Positions 29,372 through 37,717 of a stretch of DNA of 64,000 bases are shown here, in pieces. The stretch is from assembly GCA_016839515.1 (NCBI GenBank), contig JAEOUE010000209.1:9326-73325 (forward strand). The letters run 5' to 3'. The notes under the pieces were generated by a model. The model was not told the DNA's origin, made no database searches, and saw nothing but the letters and a program-made list of their open reading frames with translations. The position numbers and the translations under genes were made by a program. How positions within the stretch are numbered: the first letter of the stretch is position 1; each line of letters begins with the position of its first letter. The DNA is from Candidatus Hodarchaeum mangrovi. GTDB taxonomy: Archaea > Asgardarchaeota > Heimdallarchaeia > Hodarchaeales > Hodarchaeaceae.

Positions 29372-29674
29372 CTAACGTCTTATTAACTCGACACGTTTAG
29401 ATCTGGGACGACTCCGTGACCATTTTTTCCCACATTCTCCACAAGTTAACCGAAGATCTACTTTCTTAGTTGTTTTTGTTGTCATATTTCTTGAGGCTAT
29501 AGGTCTTCTAGAATAACGTCCATGATTACCTATTCTTGATGTCCATCGTTCTGCTCTTCGACTACCCTGATTCATTCCTCCTCCACGTTGTTTTGCTTTT
29601 TCTATTTTAACATTATGAGGGGTATGTTTGTTACAGTTTCGGCAAAAAGTACGCATTTTGGCTGGTATTTTCAT
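29372..29674 (-). CDS. rpl44e: 50S ribosomal protein eL42 (L44e)
   Basis: MKIP..RTFCRNCNKHTPH, KTTKKVDLRLTCGECGK. Confidence 0.96.
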   Translation of the reverse strand: MKIPAKMRTFCRNCNKHTPHNVKIEKAKQRGGGMNQGSRRAERWTSRIGNHGRYSRRPIASRNMTTKTTKKVDLRLTCGECGKKWSRSRPRSKRVELIRR

Positions 29675-29891
29675 TTAAGAAATACTCCTTAGGAAATATA
29701 GTAATTCTATCTTTATTTTTCCGATAGACGTCAATATGTTCAATTTTTACTTTATGTTAAAAGTTAAGTGATTACTTCATTAGGAAATTTCTTATTTATC
29801 TAATACGAATAGTATAACTGTCGATTGGAAAATAAGAATCTTCCATGTTACAGATAAAATTGTTCAGAAAAATCCTTCCATGTGATGATAT

Positions 29892-30998
29892 TTGCCTATT
29901 AATCCGAAATACAAACGTTTAATCGAAATCGGTTCCCTCTTAGTTATAGCAGCAGCAATGGCCCTTGGAATCTCTATAGGTTTGAATATTTATCTTGCTG
30001 GATCTAGTAACCCACAAGTTGCAGTTACTACAGGGAGTATGTTGCCAGTTTATAATGGCTTTCAGAATGATGATTATAGCCCAATTATTCCATTTCGTGG
30101 TGATATTTTATTAATTAGAAAAGTTGATCCTGAAAATATTAATGTAGGAGATGTTATCGTCTTTCATCGATCTAATAATACAAATGATATCCCTGTTGTT
30201 CATAGAATTATTGATAAATGGGAAGTGAACGGAGAATATGTTTATAAAACGAATGGAGACAATAATATCAGATCCGATAGCTGGATTGTTTATGAATCTA
30301 ATATAAAGGGTGTTGTGGTTTTCAGAATTCCTCACATTGGTTGGTTTTTAATTCTAATACAGTCAACTGCGGGTCGAATAATAATTCTTGCACTTGCTAT
30401 TATTATACTTTTTACAGGAGACGACACAAGTAATGAAACCTCTCAAAAAATCAATAAAAACAGAAGTAAAAATGATTTATCTAGTATCTCCAAGATTAAT
30501 CTACGAGTTTTGTTTCAGCGTAAATATATTTACATCGTTACTGTTATAATAATTCTTTTTTCCTTTTTGAGCTCAAATTTTATATCTGCAATTATTTCAA
30601 AACCCTCAGTTAGTCTATACAGTACTAGTGATACCTCAAGATTAAATAATCTTTTATATTCCACTCAAGAAAGTCCTATTACAATATCTACTAATGATTA
30701 TTGGACGCAATGGGATAATACTACTGTATATTTTTTTCCAATACAAATTAAAGTAACTTCTCATGGATTTTTGAATAATATACACTATTTTCACATAAAA
30801 ATCCAAGATATACCTGGTTATTATCAATGGACAATTGTTTATGATTTTATTGGGACCAAAGTATTAGAGGGAGGAATTGTTGGATATTTTAACACTACAG
30901 GATCTCAACAAGTGTCAGTTATTCTAACAATAAAATCACGAGGGATTTTGGCTTCTTCCATACAATTTTTCTCATTTCCTTTAATCCTGTCAATTTAG
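29892..30998 (+). CDS. Signal peptidase I (Sec11-type) with C-terminal extension
   Basis: TGSMLP, RGD, GDVIVF, VVHRI, TNGDNN, IPHIG. Confidence 0.92.
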   Translation: MPINPKYKRLIEIGSLLVIAAAMALGISIGLNIYLAGSSNPQVAVTTGSMLPVYNGFQNDDYSPIIPFRGDILLIRKVDPENINVGDVIVFHRSNNTNDIPVVHRIIDKWEVNGEYVYKTNGDNNIRSDSWIVYESNIKGVVVFRIPHIGWFLILIQSTAGRIIILALAIIILFTGDDTSNETSQKINKNRSKNDLSSISKINLRVLFQRKYIYIVTVIIILFSFLSSNFISAIISKPSVSLYSTSDTSRLNNLLYSTQESPITISTNDYWTQWDNTTVYFFPIQIKVTSHGFLNNIHYFHIKIQDIPGYYQWTIVYDFIGTKVLEGGIVGYFNTTGSQQVSVILTIKSRGILASSIQFFSFPLILSI

Positions 30999-31008
30999 TG
31001 ATTAATAA

Positions 31009-31764
31009 ATGGTAAATATTTGTTATTTAGTTGGAACAGCTGGATCAGGAAAAACTACTCTTACTTCATCATTGATGAGGTTCTTGATTACAAAAGGTGC
31101 AACTGTTACTTCAGTAAATCTTGACCCTGCAGTTCAGCATATACCTTATCAAGCAGATATTGACATTCGAGAATATATTGATTATGAGCGTCTTGTAGAT
31201 GAATATCAATTAGGCCCAAATGGAGCAATGATTGCAGCTGCTGATCTGGTTGTAGATTATATTACTGAAATAAAAGAGGACATTATCGATTTAGGAGAAA
31301 GCTCTGATCTCGTTCTTGTAGATACACCAGGTCAAATGGAGCTTTTTGCATATCGTCTTTCAGGTGTAAAATTAACACAAAGTTTTCCCACAGATTCCAC
31401 GCTTCTAGCCTTTCTTTTTGATTCTGCACTTGTCTCAAATATCTCAGGATTTCTTTCTATTAATCTTTTGGCAACTTCTGTTCAATTAAGACTGAATATC
31501 CCAATTATTCATATTATGACAAAATGTGACTTATTAAAAGAATCAGAAATTGAAAGAATTTTAAACTGGCGAGAAGATCCTTTTGAGGATATAGAAGAGC
31601 TCTATGGATTGACACGTGAATTTGCACTTCGAACAGGTCAAATGATTGAAGATATGGGGGAAATCCCTCTTCTTCCAGTAAGCGCATTGACTGGTGATGG
31701 TCTTGAATTACTTGCTGCTCAATTGAGTCGAAATTTTGTTTCAGGAGAAGATTGGTTAACCTAA
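31009..31764 (+). CDS. GPN-loop GTPase
   Basis: GTAGSGKT, NLDPA, LGPNG, DTPGQME. Confidence 0.95.
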   Translation: MVNICYLVGTAGSGKTTLTSSLMRFLITKGATVTSVNLDPAVQHIPYQADIDIREYIDYERLVDEYQLGPNGAMIAAADLVVDYITEIKEDIIDLGESSDLVLVDTPGQMELFAYRLSGVKLTQSFPTDSTLLAFLFDSALVSNISGFLSINLLATSVQLRLNIPIIHIMTKCDLLKESEIERILNWREDPFEDIEELYGLTREFALRTGQMIEDMGEIPLLPVSALTGDGLELLAAQLSRNFVSGEDWLT

Positions 31765-31771
31765 GTTATGG

Positions 31772-32164
31772 TCAGCCACCAATAATCATCCAAATTAATG
31801 AGCAAAGCACAATAAATAATATAACATATGTAAAAGTACCAGAAAATAATAACCTTTTAAGATCAATATCTTCCTGTGATATCTTGAGATAAAACCTAAC
31901 GAATCCTAAGCACGCAGCAAGTCCCGAGATTAAGAATACAATCCATAAGTCTGGTGGAATACTAAATATTACGAATCCTAATCCTGTAAGAGACCCAGAT
32001 GCAATCCCGAATACTACTTTAGAATAATATAATTTAGTATTTGGAGTAAGGATCTTTTCAATTCGGTTGCTTAATTGAGAGGATTCTTCAATTTCAGTAT
32101 CAACCTGATCTCTTTTTATTCGTCGTATTTTCCTCTGGCTAATATCTCTTCTTTCCTTGCTCAT
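31772..32164 (-). CDS. Three-TM membrane protein, EMC6/Rab5ip-like
   Basis: LYYSK..GIASGSLTG...LFSGTFTYVILF pattern resembles EMC6. Confidence 0.55.
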   Translation of the reverse strand: MSKERRDISQRKIRRIKRDQVDTEIEESSQLSNRIEKILTPNTKLYYSKVVFGIASGSLTGLGFVIFSIPPDLWIVFLISGLAACLGFVRFYLKISQEDIDLKRLLFSGTFTYVILFIVLCSLIWMIIGG

Positions 32165-32362
32165 CTTTTATTCACAACGATTTTTAGTACGGTATTCAAA
32201 AATTCTTCCCATTAATCAAATTTTTAAGTTTTAATAATAACCCTTTTGCGGAATTCATCAAGGCGATAATATAAAAATTATTTATCTGCAATATAAAATA
32301 TCAATCAGATATAAAGAGAAATTAATTAGAGACGCTTTAGAATAAAAAATTGAGCTGATTTA

Positions 32363-32974
32363 ATGAGTTATTCTGGAGAGTATTTAGTAAAGCTTGCAAG
32401 AATAGCAATAGAGACCATTTTAAAAAGTAACAAAGAAACCGTCATTCCAGTTCCAACTGACGCTCCTGAAGATCTCTTTGATCAATCAGGTGTATTTGTT
32501 ACTCTTCATAAAATTAAAAATTCCATGCAACATGATCTTCGTGGTTGCATTGGAAGGATAGAGAGCCCAAACAGCACTCTTATTCAATCCACTATTAAAA
32601 GCGCAATTGATGCAGCTATTAACGATCCTCGATTTCCTGTTGTAACTATGGATGAAATGGGTCAAATAACTATTGAGGTAACAATTCTTACAGTCCCCGA
32701 ACTAATCAAAGTTACCAATTCAGATGAATACAAAAATCACATTATAATTGGTAAGCATGGTTTAATTGCCCAGAGGTCATTATACCAACGCGGTTTATTA
32801 TTACCACAAGTACCTGTAGAACAAAAATGGGATCTTCTACAATATTTAAATCATGTTTGTTTAAAAGCGGGACTTCCATCTCATTCTTGGAGGGACATGA
32901 AGACCAAAATATATCGGTTTCAAGGATTTATATTTGGTGAAATGTCTCCTAATGGTCCTATTATCATGAAATAA
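32363..32974 (+). CDS. AMMECR1-domain protein
   Basis: GVFVTL, LRGCIG, DPRF, LLLPQV, CLKAG. Confidence 0.93.
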   Translation: MSYSGEYLVKLARIAIETILKSNKETVIPVPTDAPEDLFDQSGVFVTLHKIKNSMQHDLRGCIGRIESPNSTLIQSTIKSAIDAAINDPRFPVVTMDEMGQITIEVTILTVPELIKVTNSDEYKNHIIIGKHGLIAQRSLYQRGLLLPQVPVEQKWDLLQYLNHVCLKAGLPSHSWRDMKTKIYRFQGFIFGEMSPNGPIIMK

Positions 32975-32988
32975 TTGGAGTTTAACCA

Positions 32989-34089
32989 TTATTGCTCTAG
33001 ATAGGAATTGATGTTTATTTCGTACGGTTTATCGTTCGATTTTATTATCTCGATCTTATTCTTGTAGGTACAACAAGGTAAAGCATCAATTTCTTGAAAT
33101 AGAGATTTATCTCCAAAATAATGCATTTGAATTGGTCGAATCACGGAAACCTCAAGATTTTTCTCTAAAAAAGTTAGTGCCTTAAGATTCATTATTTCAT
33201 TCTTACAATTAAAGCATGTTGGAGATATAATTGTCATAAGGTTTTCTCTGTGCGCAATTTTTTCAGCATATTTTTCGCAAAAAAATTGACATAGTAAGCA
33301 AAGTTCAAATTCTGATTGATTTTCACTTAAGAACTTGGAAATATCTATAAGATATGGATTAGGAAAATATTCTTTCATAATTAAATGCATATAATCTATA
33401 TAATTCTCTTTATCAGTTTTGAAGAATAATGGAATGACTTCAACTCCTCGTTTCTTCATCAACCAAGCGGCAAAAAGTGAACTCGTGTTTGGTCTAATAA
33501 TTGCCAAAGATTTACCTTGAGATTTGGTAGGAATTCCATCAATTCCTATAATTCGCTTTGTATAATATAATACAAAATCACCACGAATATCCAAATAAAT
33601 TTTATAATCAGGATTAGCTAGATCTACTTTAAGGTTAGGGATGTTCGTTTTAATCAATGCTCCTAATTTAGAAGCAATTTCGAGTGAATTATATGGATGG
33701 TTACCTTCCCTATTTACACGTACTGCAAAACTCCCTTCTGCATCAATAATCTCTTTAGAAAATGTTAACCCAAAGTTTAGGAGGTCCTTTTCATTTGAAG
33801 ATCCTACAAAAGCGATACTTAAAGAAGAAATTCCGCTGATAGTTTTACTGATCGACTCCGCATATTCATTGATGTAGGAATCATCATCTAATTCCAATAT
33901 CAATCGATCTCGATATTCAAAAATCTTAAATCCTTGATTGATACTACTATATTCTTTCAGGGTCTTTTTAAGGTTTGAAATCATTCGTTTGCGCGTTCGA
34001 CGACTTTTTATCCCTAATTCTCCCCCTGGACGTATTAAAATTACTTGTTTACTCACTAGAGAAGCTAGACCATTCATAGCAAGTGTCAT
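32989..34089 (-). CDS. THUMP-domain ThiI-like protein with degenerate PP-loop
   Basis: ELGIKS, FAVRVNREG, KVDLANPD, GIP..SQGK, AAWLMKKRG; SGGxDS absent. Confidence 0.8.
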   Translation of the reverse strand: MTLAMNGLASLVSKQVILIRPGGELGIKSRRTRKRMISNLKKTLKEYSSINQGFKIFEYRDRLILELDDDSYINEYAESISKTISGISSLSIAFVGSSNEKDLLNFGLTFSKEIIDAEGSFAVRVNREGNHPYNSLEIASKLGALIKTNIPNLKVDLANPDYKIYLDIRGDFVLYYTKRIIGIDGIPTKSQGKSLAIIRPNTSSLFAAWLMKKRGVEVIPLFFKTDKENYIDYMHLIMKEYFPNPYLIDISKFLSENQSEFELCLLCQFFCEKYAEKIAHRENLMTIISPTCFNCKNEIMNLKALTFLEKNLEVSVIRPIQMHYFGDKSLFQEIDALPCCTYKNKIEIIKSNDKPYEININSYLEQ

Positions 34090-34422
34090 TCCTGAATTCT
34101 TTTCTTGATTTATAATTAAATAATTATTAGTTAATATTGGATTTAAGCGATTTTGACATCTAGTATCTTATATTCATTATTTTACTTGGTTAGCTTGTAG
34201 GGATAAATAATATTTATTTCACAAATTTAGAACAAATCTTAGTAGCTTTTGAATGTCTTGAGAAGCTTTGTGAATAGTAATCATTCAAGTCTTACTTACA
34301 AGTATTCAATATCAACCGATTTACTGTTTAAATTGAAAGTAATTGTCCGATTCACTACTGAAACTACTAATCAGGTAAATTTAAGGATGGAAGCTATAAA
34401 TTTTTAACAATAAGAGATGAAA

Positions 34423-34500
34423 ATAACGAGCGTGTCAGAGTAACTATAATAATTCATTGAAGAACTCATCCTTGTCAGGTTTCATCATAACGCCCGTTAT
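34423..34500 (-). ncRNA. Twin-guide box C/D sRNA
   Basis: 11-bp terminal stem (34423-33/34490-500); C ATGATGA; 12-nt guide AACCTGACAAGG; D' ATGA; degenerate C' ATGAATT; guide TTATAGTTACT; D CTGA; both guides complementary to conserved LSU rRNA sequences. Confidence 0.88.
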
Positions 34501-34531
34501 ACTATTACTACTAAAAAATTCATTATATCTT

Positions 34532-34948
34532 TTAGGAATCTTCTTCTTCCTCTAATTCCTTTGATGTTTGAATTATTTTTGCAACATCAAACCGCTGTTC
34601 AAATTTTCTCCAAATTGCATCATGTAATTCTTCATTAATGTTCTTTAAAACCTTCTCAACAACTTTTTTAGCTTTTTCACGATCAATAGGAAGTTCAGTG
34701 AACCCCCACATTGATGCTGGTGCTGCATCAGGATTTTTTTCAATTAGGTAAACAATTCCTTCTTGCTGTTGGAATGAAATGTATTTTGGTTGAACAAGAG
34801 GACAATCAGTTAATGTATGAACACCAGTAACTGTAAATAAATGATTGCATCTAATTTTGTTTCCACTGGAGGAGGATTTAAATGCACAATGACCTTTATC
34901 TAAATAATTCCAAGAAGTGGTTAGATTTGAATCTTTCATGGTTTTCAT
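34532..34948 (-). CDS. Mak16 / ribosomal protein eL28 family homologue
   Basis: W..L...HCAFK...C..FTVTG.H...CPL...KY...G.VYL..K......W aligns by eye with yeast Mak16 N-domain; ORF-track start at 35017 lies inside the tRNA. Confidence 0.85.
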   Translation of the reverse strand: MKTMKDSNLTTSWNYLDKGHCAFKSSSSGNKIRCNHLFTVTGVHTLTDCPLVQPKYISFQQQEGIVYLIEKNPDAAPASMWGFTELPIDREKAKKVVEKVLKNINEELHDAIWRKFEQRFDVAKIIQTSKELEEEEDS

Positions 34949-34976
34949 CTCTTTTTTCCTATATTCAAGACTAATA

Positions 34977-35078
34977 AGCCGCTGGGGGGACTTGAACCCC
35001 CGACCAACAGATCTCAAGGATATAAGAGAATATTAATATCTTACAAGTCTGTCGCTCTACCAACTAAGCCACAGCGGC
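34977..35078 (-). tRNA. tRNA-Thr(TGT) with 29-nt intron at 37/38 (35013-35041)
   Basis: GCCGCTG/CAGCGGC acceptor, ACAGA/TCTGT anticodon stem, GGGGG-TTCAAGT-CCCCC T arm; 73 nt after splicing. Confidence 0.93.
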
Positions 35079-35342
35079 AATAAATCTTATATATCTCAAC
35101 TGAAAACTTTTATAAATTTATTTCGACCTCTGAATATGTACAAAGAACCTTTTACATGATTTTAATTTGTCCTTTAGACTCAAAATAATAGAACATTGGT
35201 CTATTAGACAAAAAAGCATGTTTTGCTTCTAATATTCCCGATTTTAGATGAATTTAAATTTGTTTCATTCAATTTGATTAATTATTTATCATCCTTAAAG
35301 ATGGGAATTATTCGATTTTGATTCAATATCATTATCTATTAC

Positions 35343-35756
35343 TCAACGAAGCTCTAATATGCGTTTATTTCGGATATAAAGGGTTTTAATCTGTTTATTT
35401 CTAGCCATCTTCTTCAAACGATTATCATTAGTGGCAATAATCCCATTTTCTTTTTCAGAATTGAATAATAAAATGAAATCAACGTTTCGATGCTTGAAAG
35501 GAGATGAACGTATTATACAATACTTTTCTACAAAATCCAAGGCTAATTTTGCTTCAATTTTTGTTTTTGGATTCCCAGTTTCGTAAAGCTTCTGAATTTC
35601 TTGAAAAATTGGCTCTAATACTATTAATTGTCTTGATCTAGGAATAACTCTATCTAATTCAGATGATATATTAAAATTTGTAAACTGTCCTAATGCCATT
35701 AAGAAATTAGTATCAAGAAATATAGGAAGGAAATTTTCTCCATTTGAGGAATTTAT
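35343..35756 (-). CDS. PIN-domain protein (Fcf1/Utp24-like); probable ATA start
   Basis: IFLDTNFL first PIN motif lies upstream of the ORF-track ATG (35699); VD and IATND motifs; conserved position after aIF2-gamma. Confidence 0.85.
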   Translation of the reverse strand: MNSSNGENFLPIFLDTNFLMALGQFTNFNISSELDRVIPRSRQLIVLEPIFQEIQKLYETGNPKTKIEAKLALDFVEKYCIIRSSPFKHRNVDFILLFNSEKENGIIATNDNRLKKMARNKQIKTLYIRNKRILELR

Positions 35757-37090
35757 TAATTCATCCGTAATTCCTTGCCTCCATTAATTAATCCCCAACC
35801 GATTAATCGCCATCGTCTATCTATCATTCGACTTATGGCAATTCTTGTGCCTAAATCCGAGCAAACTGGTATACGCAGTTCGATATGTACACCTTTTTTA
35901 GATGACTTTATGACTTTCCCAACCGTTTTTGCCGTTCCTACACTTAACATTAAATTTTCATTAGGTTCTATGTTTTGAACTATGGACTGTGTCTCGCTTC
36001 CTACTACACGCTCCATTAATGTTGCATTAAATTCGAGTGTATCCCATATTGGAGGAAGCTGATCTGGATATCCTACCACTTGTCCAACCAAGGTATCACT
36101 CTTAGTTAGAGCTGGATCTAAAAGTGTTCCAAGTCCAATTAATCCTCCAGGTAGTGCTGTTTCTAATTCTCCAAATCCACTCCTTAAGCTGGTAATTTTC
36201 GTTTTAATTAATTGCCATTTGTTTCCCCTTCGATACCCAGGACGAATCTCAACCTCATCATTAACAGAAAATTTACCTTGGATTATACTTCCTCCGACAA
36301 CACCACCTTTCAATCCACTTGGAGCTTGACCAGGTTTATTTATATCAAAAGAGCGTGCTACAAGCATCTGAGGTGCTAATGATCCATCTCGCTTAGGAGT
36401 AGGAATTTTCTCTTGGATGTTTTGAATTAGTAGATCAATATTTGATTTATGGATCGCACTAATCGGAATGATTGGACTTTCTTTGGCAGAGGTATTTGAA
36501 ATAAATGTCTTAAGATCTTTATAATTTATTAGAGCATCTTTTTCAGAAACAAGTTCAATCTTGTTCTGACAGACTATTACATTTTCCATTCCAATGATGT
36601 CCATTGCAGCTAGATGTTCTCGGGTTTGAGGCATTGGAACCCTTTCATTTGCAGCAACTACAAGAAGAGCCCCATCCATGATGCTTGCTCCCGATAACAT
36701 GGTTGCCATTAGAACTTCATGGCCTGGTGCATCAACAAAAGCTACTCTTCGTAATAAAATTGTTTCTTTGCCACATACTGGACAAATCTTTGCTGTTGAA
36801 TACTTTTGCGGACTTTCACAATTTGGACATTCTCGAAATTCACACTCAGCGTAACCAAGGCGAATTGAAATTCCACGACGAATTTCTTCACTGTGAGTAT
36901 CGGGGAACTTTCCTGTTAAAGCTTGAGTCAGTGTTGATTTTCCATGATCAACATGTCCTATCATACCTATAGAAACTTCTGCTTGATTAACAACAAGTTT
37001 TTCCGAATCTTTTTCAGCTTTATCAGCACTAATGGATTCAGTTGTAGCTGTTTTCTTCTTAGCTGTTGATCGCTTTTTTCTAGCTGGCAT
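35756..37090 (-). CDS. eif2g: Translation initiation factor aIF2 gamma
   Basis: GHVDHGKS, RGISIRLGY, DAPGHE, PMPQTREH, QNKIE, WRLIG. Confidence 0.97.
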   Translation of the reverse strand: MPARKKRSTAKKKTATTESISADKAEKDSEKLVVNQAEVSIGMIGHVDHGKSTLTQALTGKFPDTHSEEIRRGISIRLGYAECEFRECPNCESPQKYSTAKICPVCGKETILLRRVAFVDAPGHEVLMATMLSGASIMDGALLVVAANERVPMPQTREHLAAMDIIGMENVIVCQNKIELVSEKDALINYKDLKTFISNTSAKESPIIPISAIHKSNIDLLIQNIQEKIPTPKRDGSLAPQMLVARSFDINKPGQAPSGLKGGVVGGSIIQGKFSVNDEVEIRPGYRRGNKWQLIKTKITSLRSGFGELETALPGGLIGLGTLLDPALTKSDTLVGQVVGYPDQLPPIWDTLEFNATLMERVVGSETQSIVQNIEPNENLMLSVGTAKTVGKVIKSSKKGVHIELRIPVCSDLGTRIAISRMIDRRWRLIGWGLINGGKELRMN

Positions 37091-37109
37091 AAGAAACCTC
37101 AAATATAAG

Positions 37110-37490
37110 TTAAAGCAACTCTTCAATAGCTTTTGCTTTACTTGTCTTTTCTTCTATTTTTAGGTTGATTTGATAGATATCTTCTGAAATCAGGCTACCA
37201 CGAACTCGTTTTCGTCTTCTTCTTCCTTTACGTTTGGGTTTATATCCAACTGCTCTATGGCCTATCAAAATTCGTTTCGGGGATCCACCTTCCACCCCCG
37301 AAGCCATTGGAAATCCAGATTGATCGGAACCTCCTGTAATTTTCAGTTTATAGCCGTCAAATCCAATTAAACTTCCATCAATTTCATCACCGATCTTTTT
37401 ACCAATTAGGTGACGAGTCATACTATCTGCATCAATTTCTTTCTTATAGCTTTGTTTGCTATCGGCTAAATTCAATTGAAAACGAACCAT
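37110..37490 (-). CDS. rps6e: 30S ribosomal protein eS6
   Basis: GKKIGDEIDG, LKITGGSD.SGFPM, RKRVRG. Confidence 0.96.
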   Translation of the reverse strand: MVRFQLNLADSKQSYKKEIDADSMTRHLIGKKIGDEIDGSLIGFDGYKLKITGGSDQSGFPMASGVEGGSPKRILIGHRAVGYKPKRKGRRRRKRVRGSLISEDIYQINLKIEEKTSKAKAIEELL

Positions 37491-37717
37491 TTTTTCATCA
37501 CTTGTAGATTGAACAGATTAATAAGCGTAAATAAACCTAGTTATTTATTTCACATTTGTTAATAAGTTCTAAACGTTATAGAGGAATTTAAGTTAACGAT
37601 TCTTAATAGTTATTATACTTTTGATTAGGGCTTCTCCTTATCTACAAAAATGTTAGATTTGTTCTACTATGTGATTTATGATGGAATCTGTAAGTATAAT
37701 ATTTGTGAAAAATATTA

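Noticed and set aside
20492-32974. Radical SAM plus AMMECR1 as an AmmeMemoRadiSam system
   Set aside because: About 11 kb apart, no Memo gene, and the radical SAM protein is not clearly that subfamily
34949-35017. N-terminal extension of the 161-aa ORF
   Set aside because: Lies within tRNA-Thr; real start is 34948 or 34939
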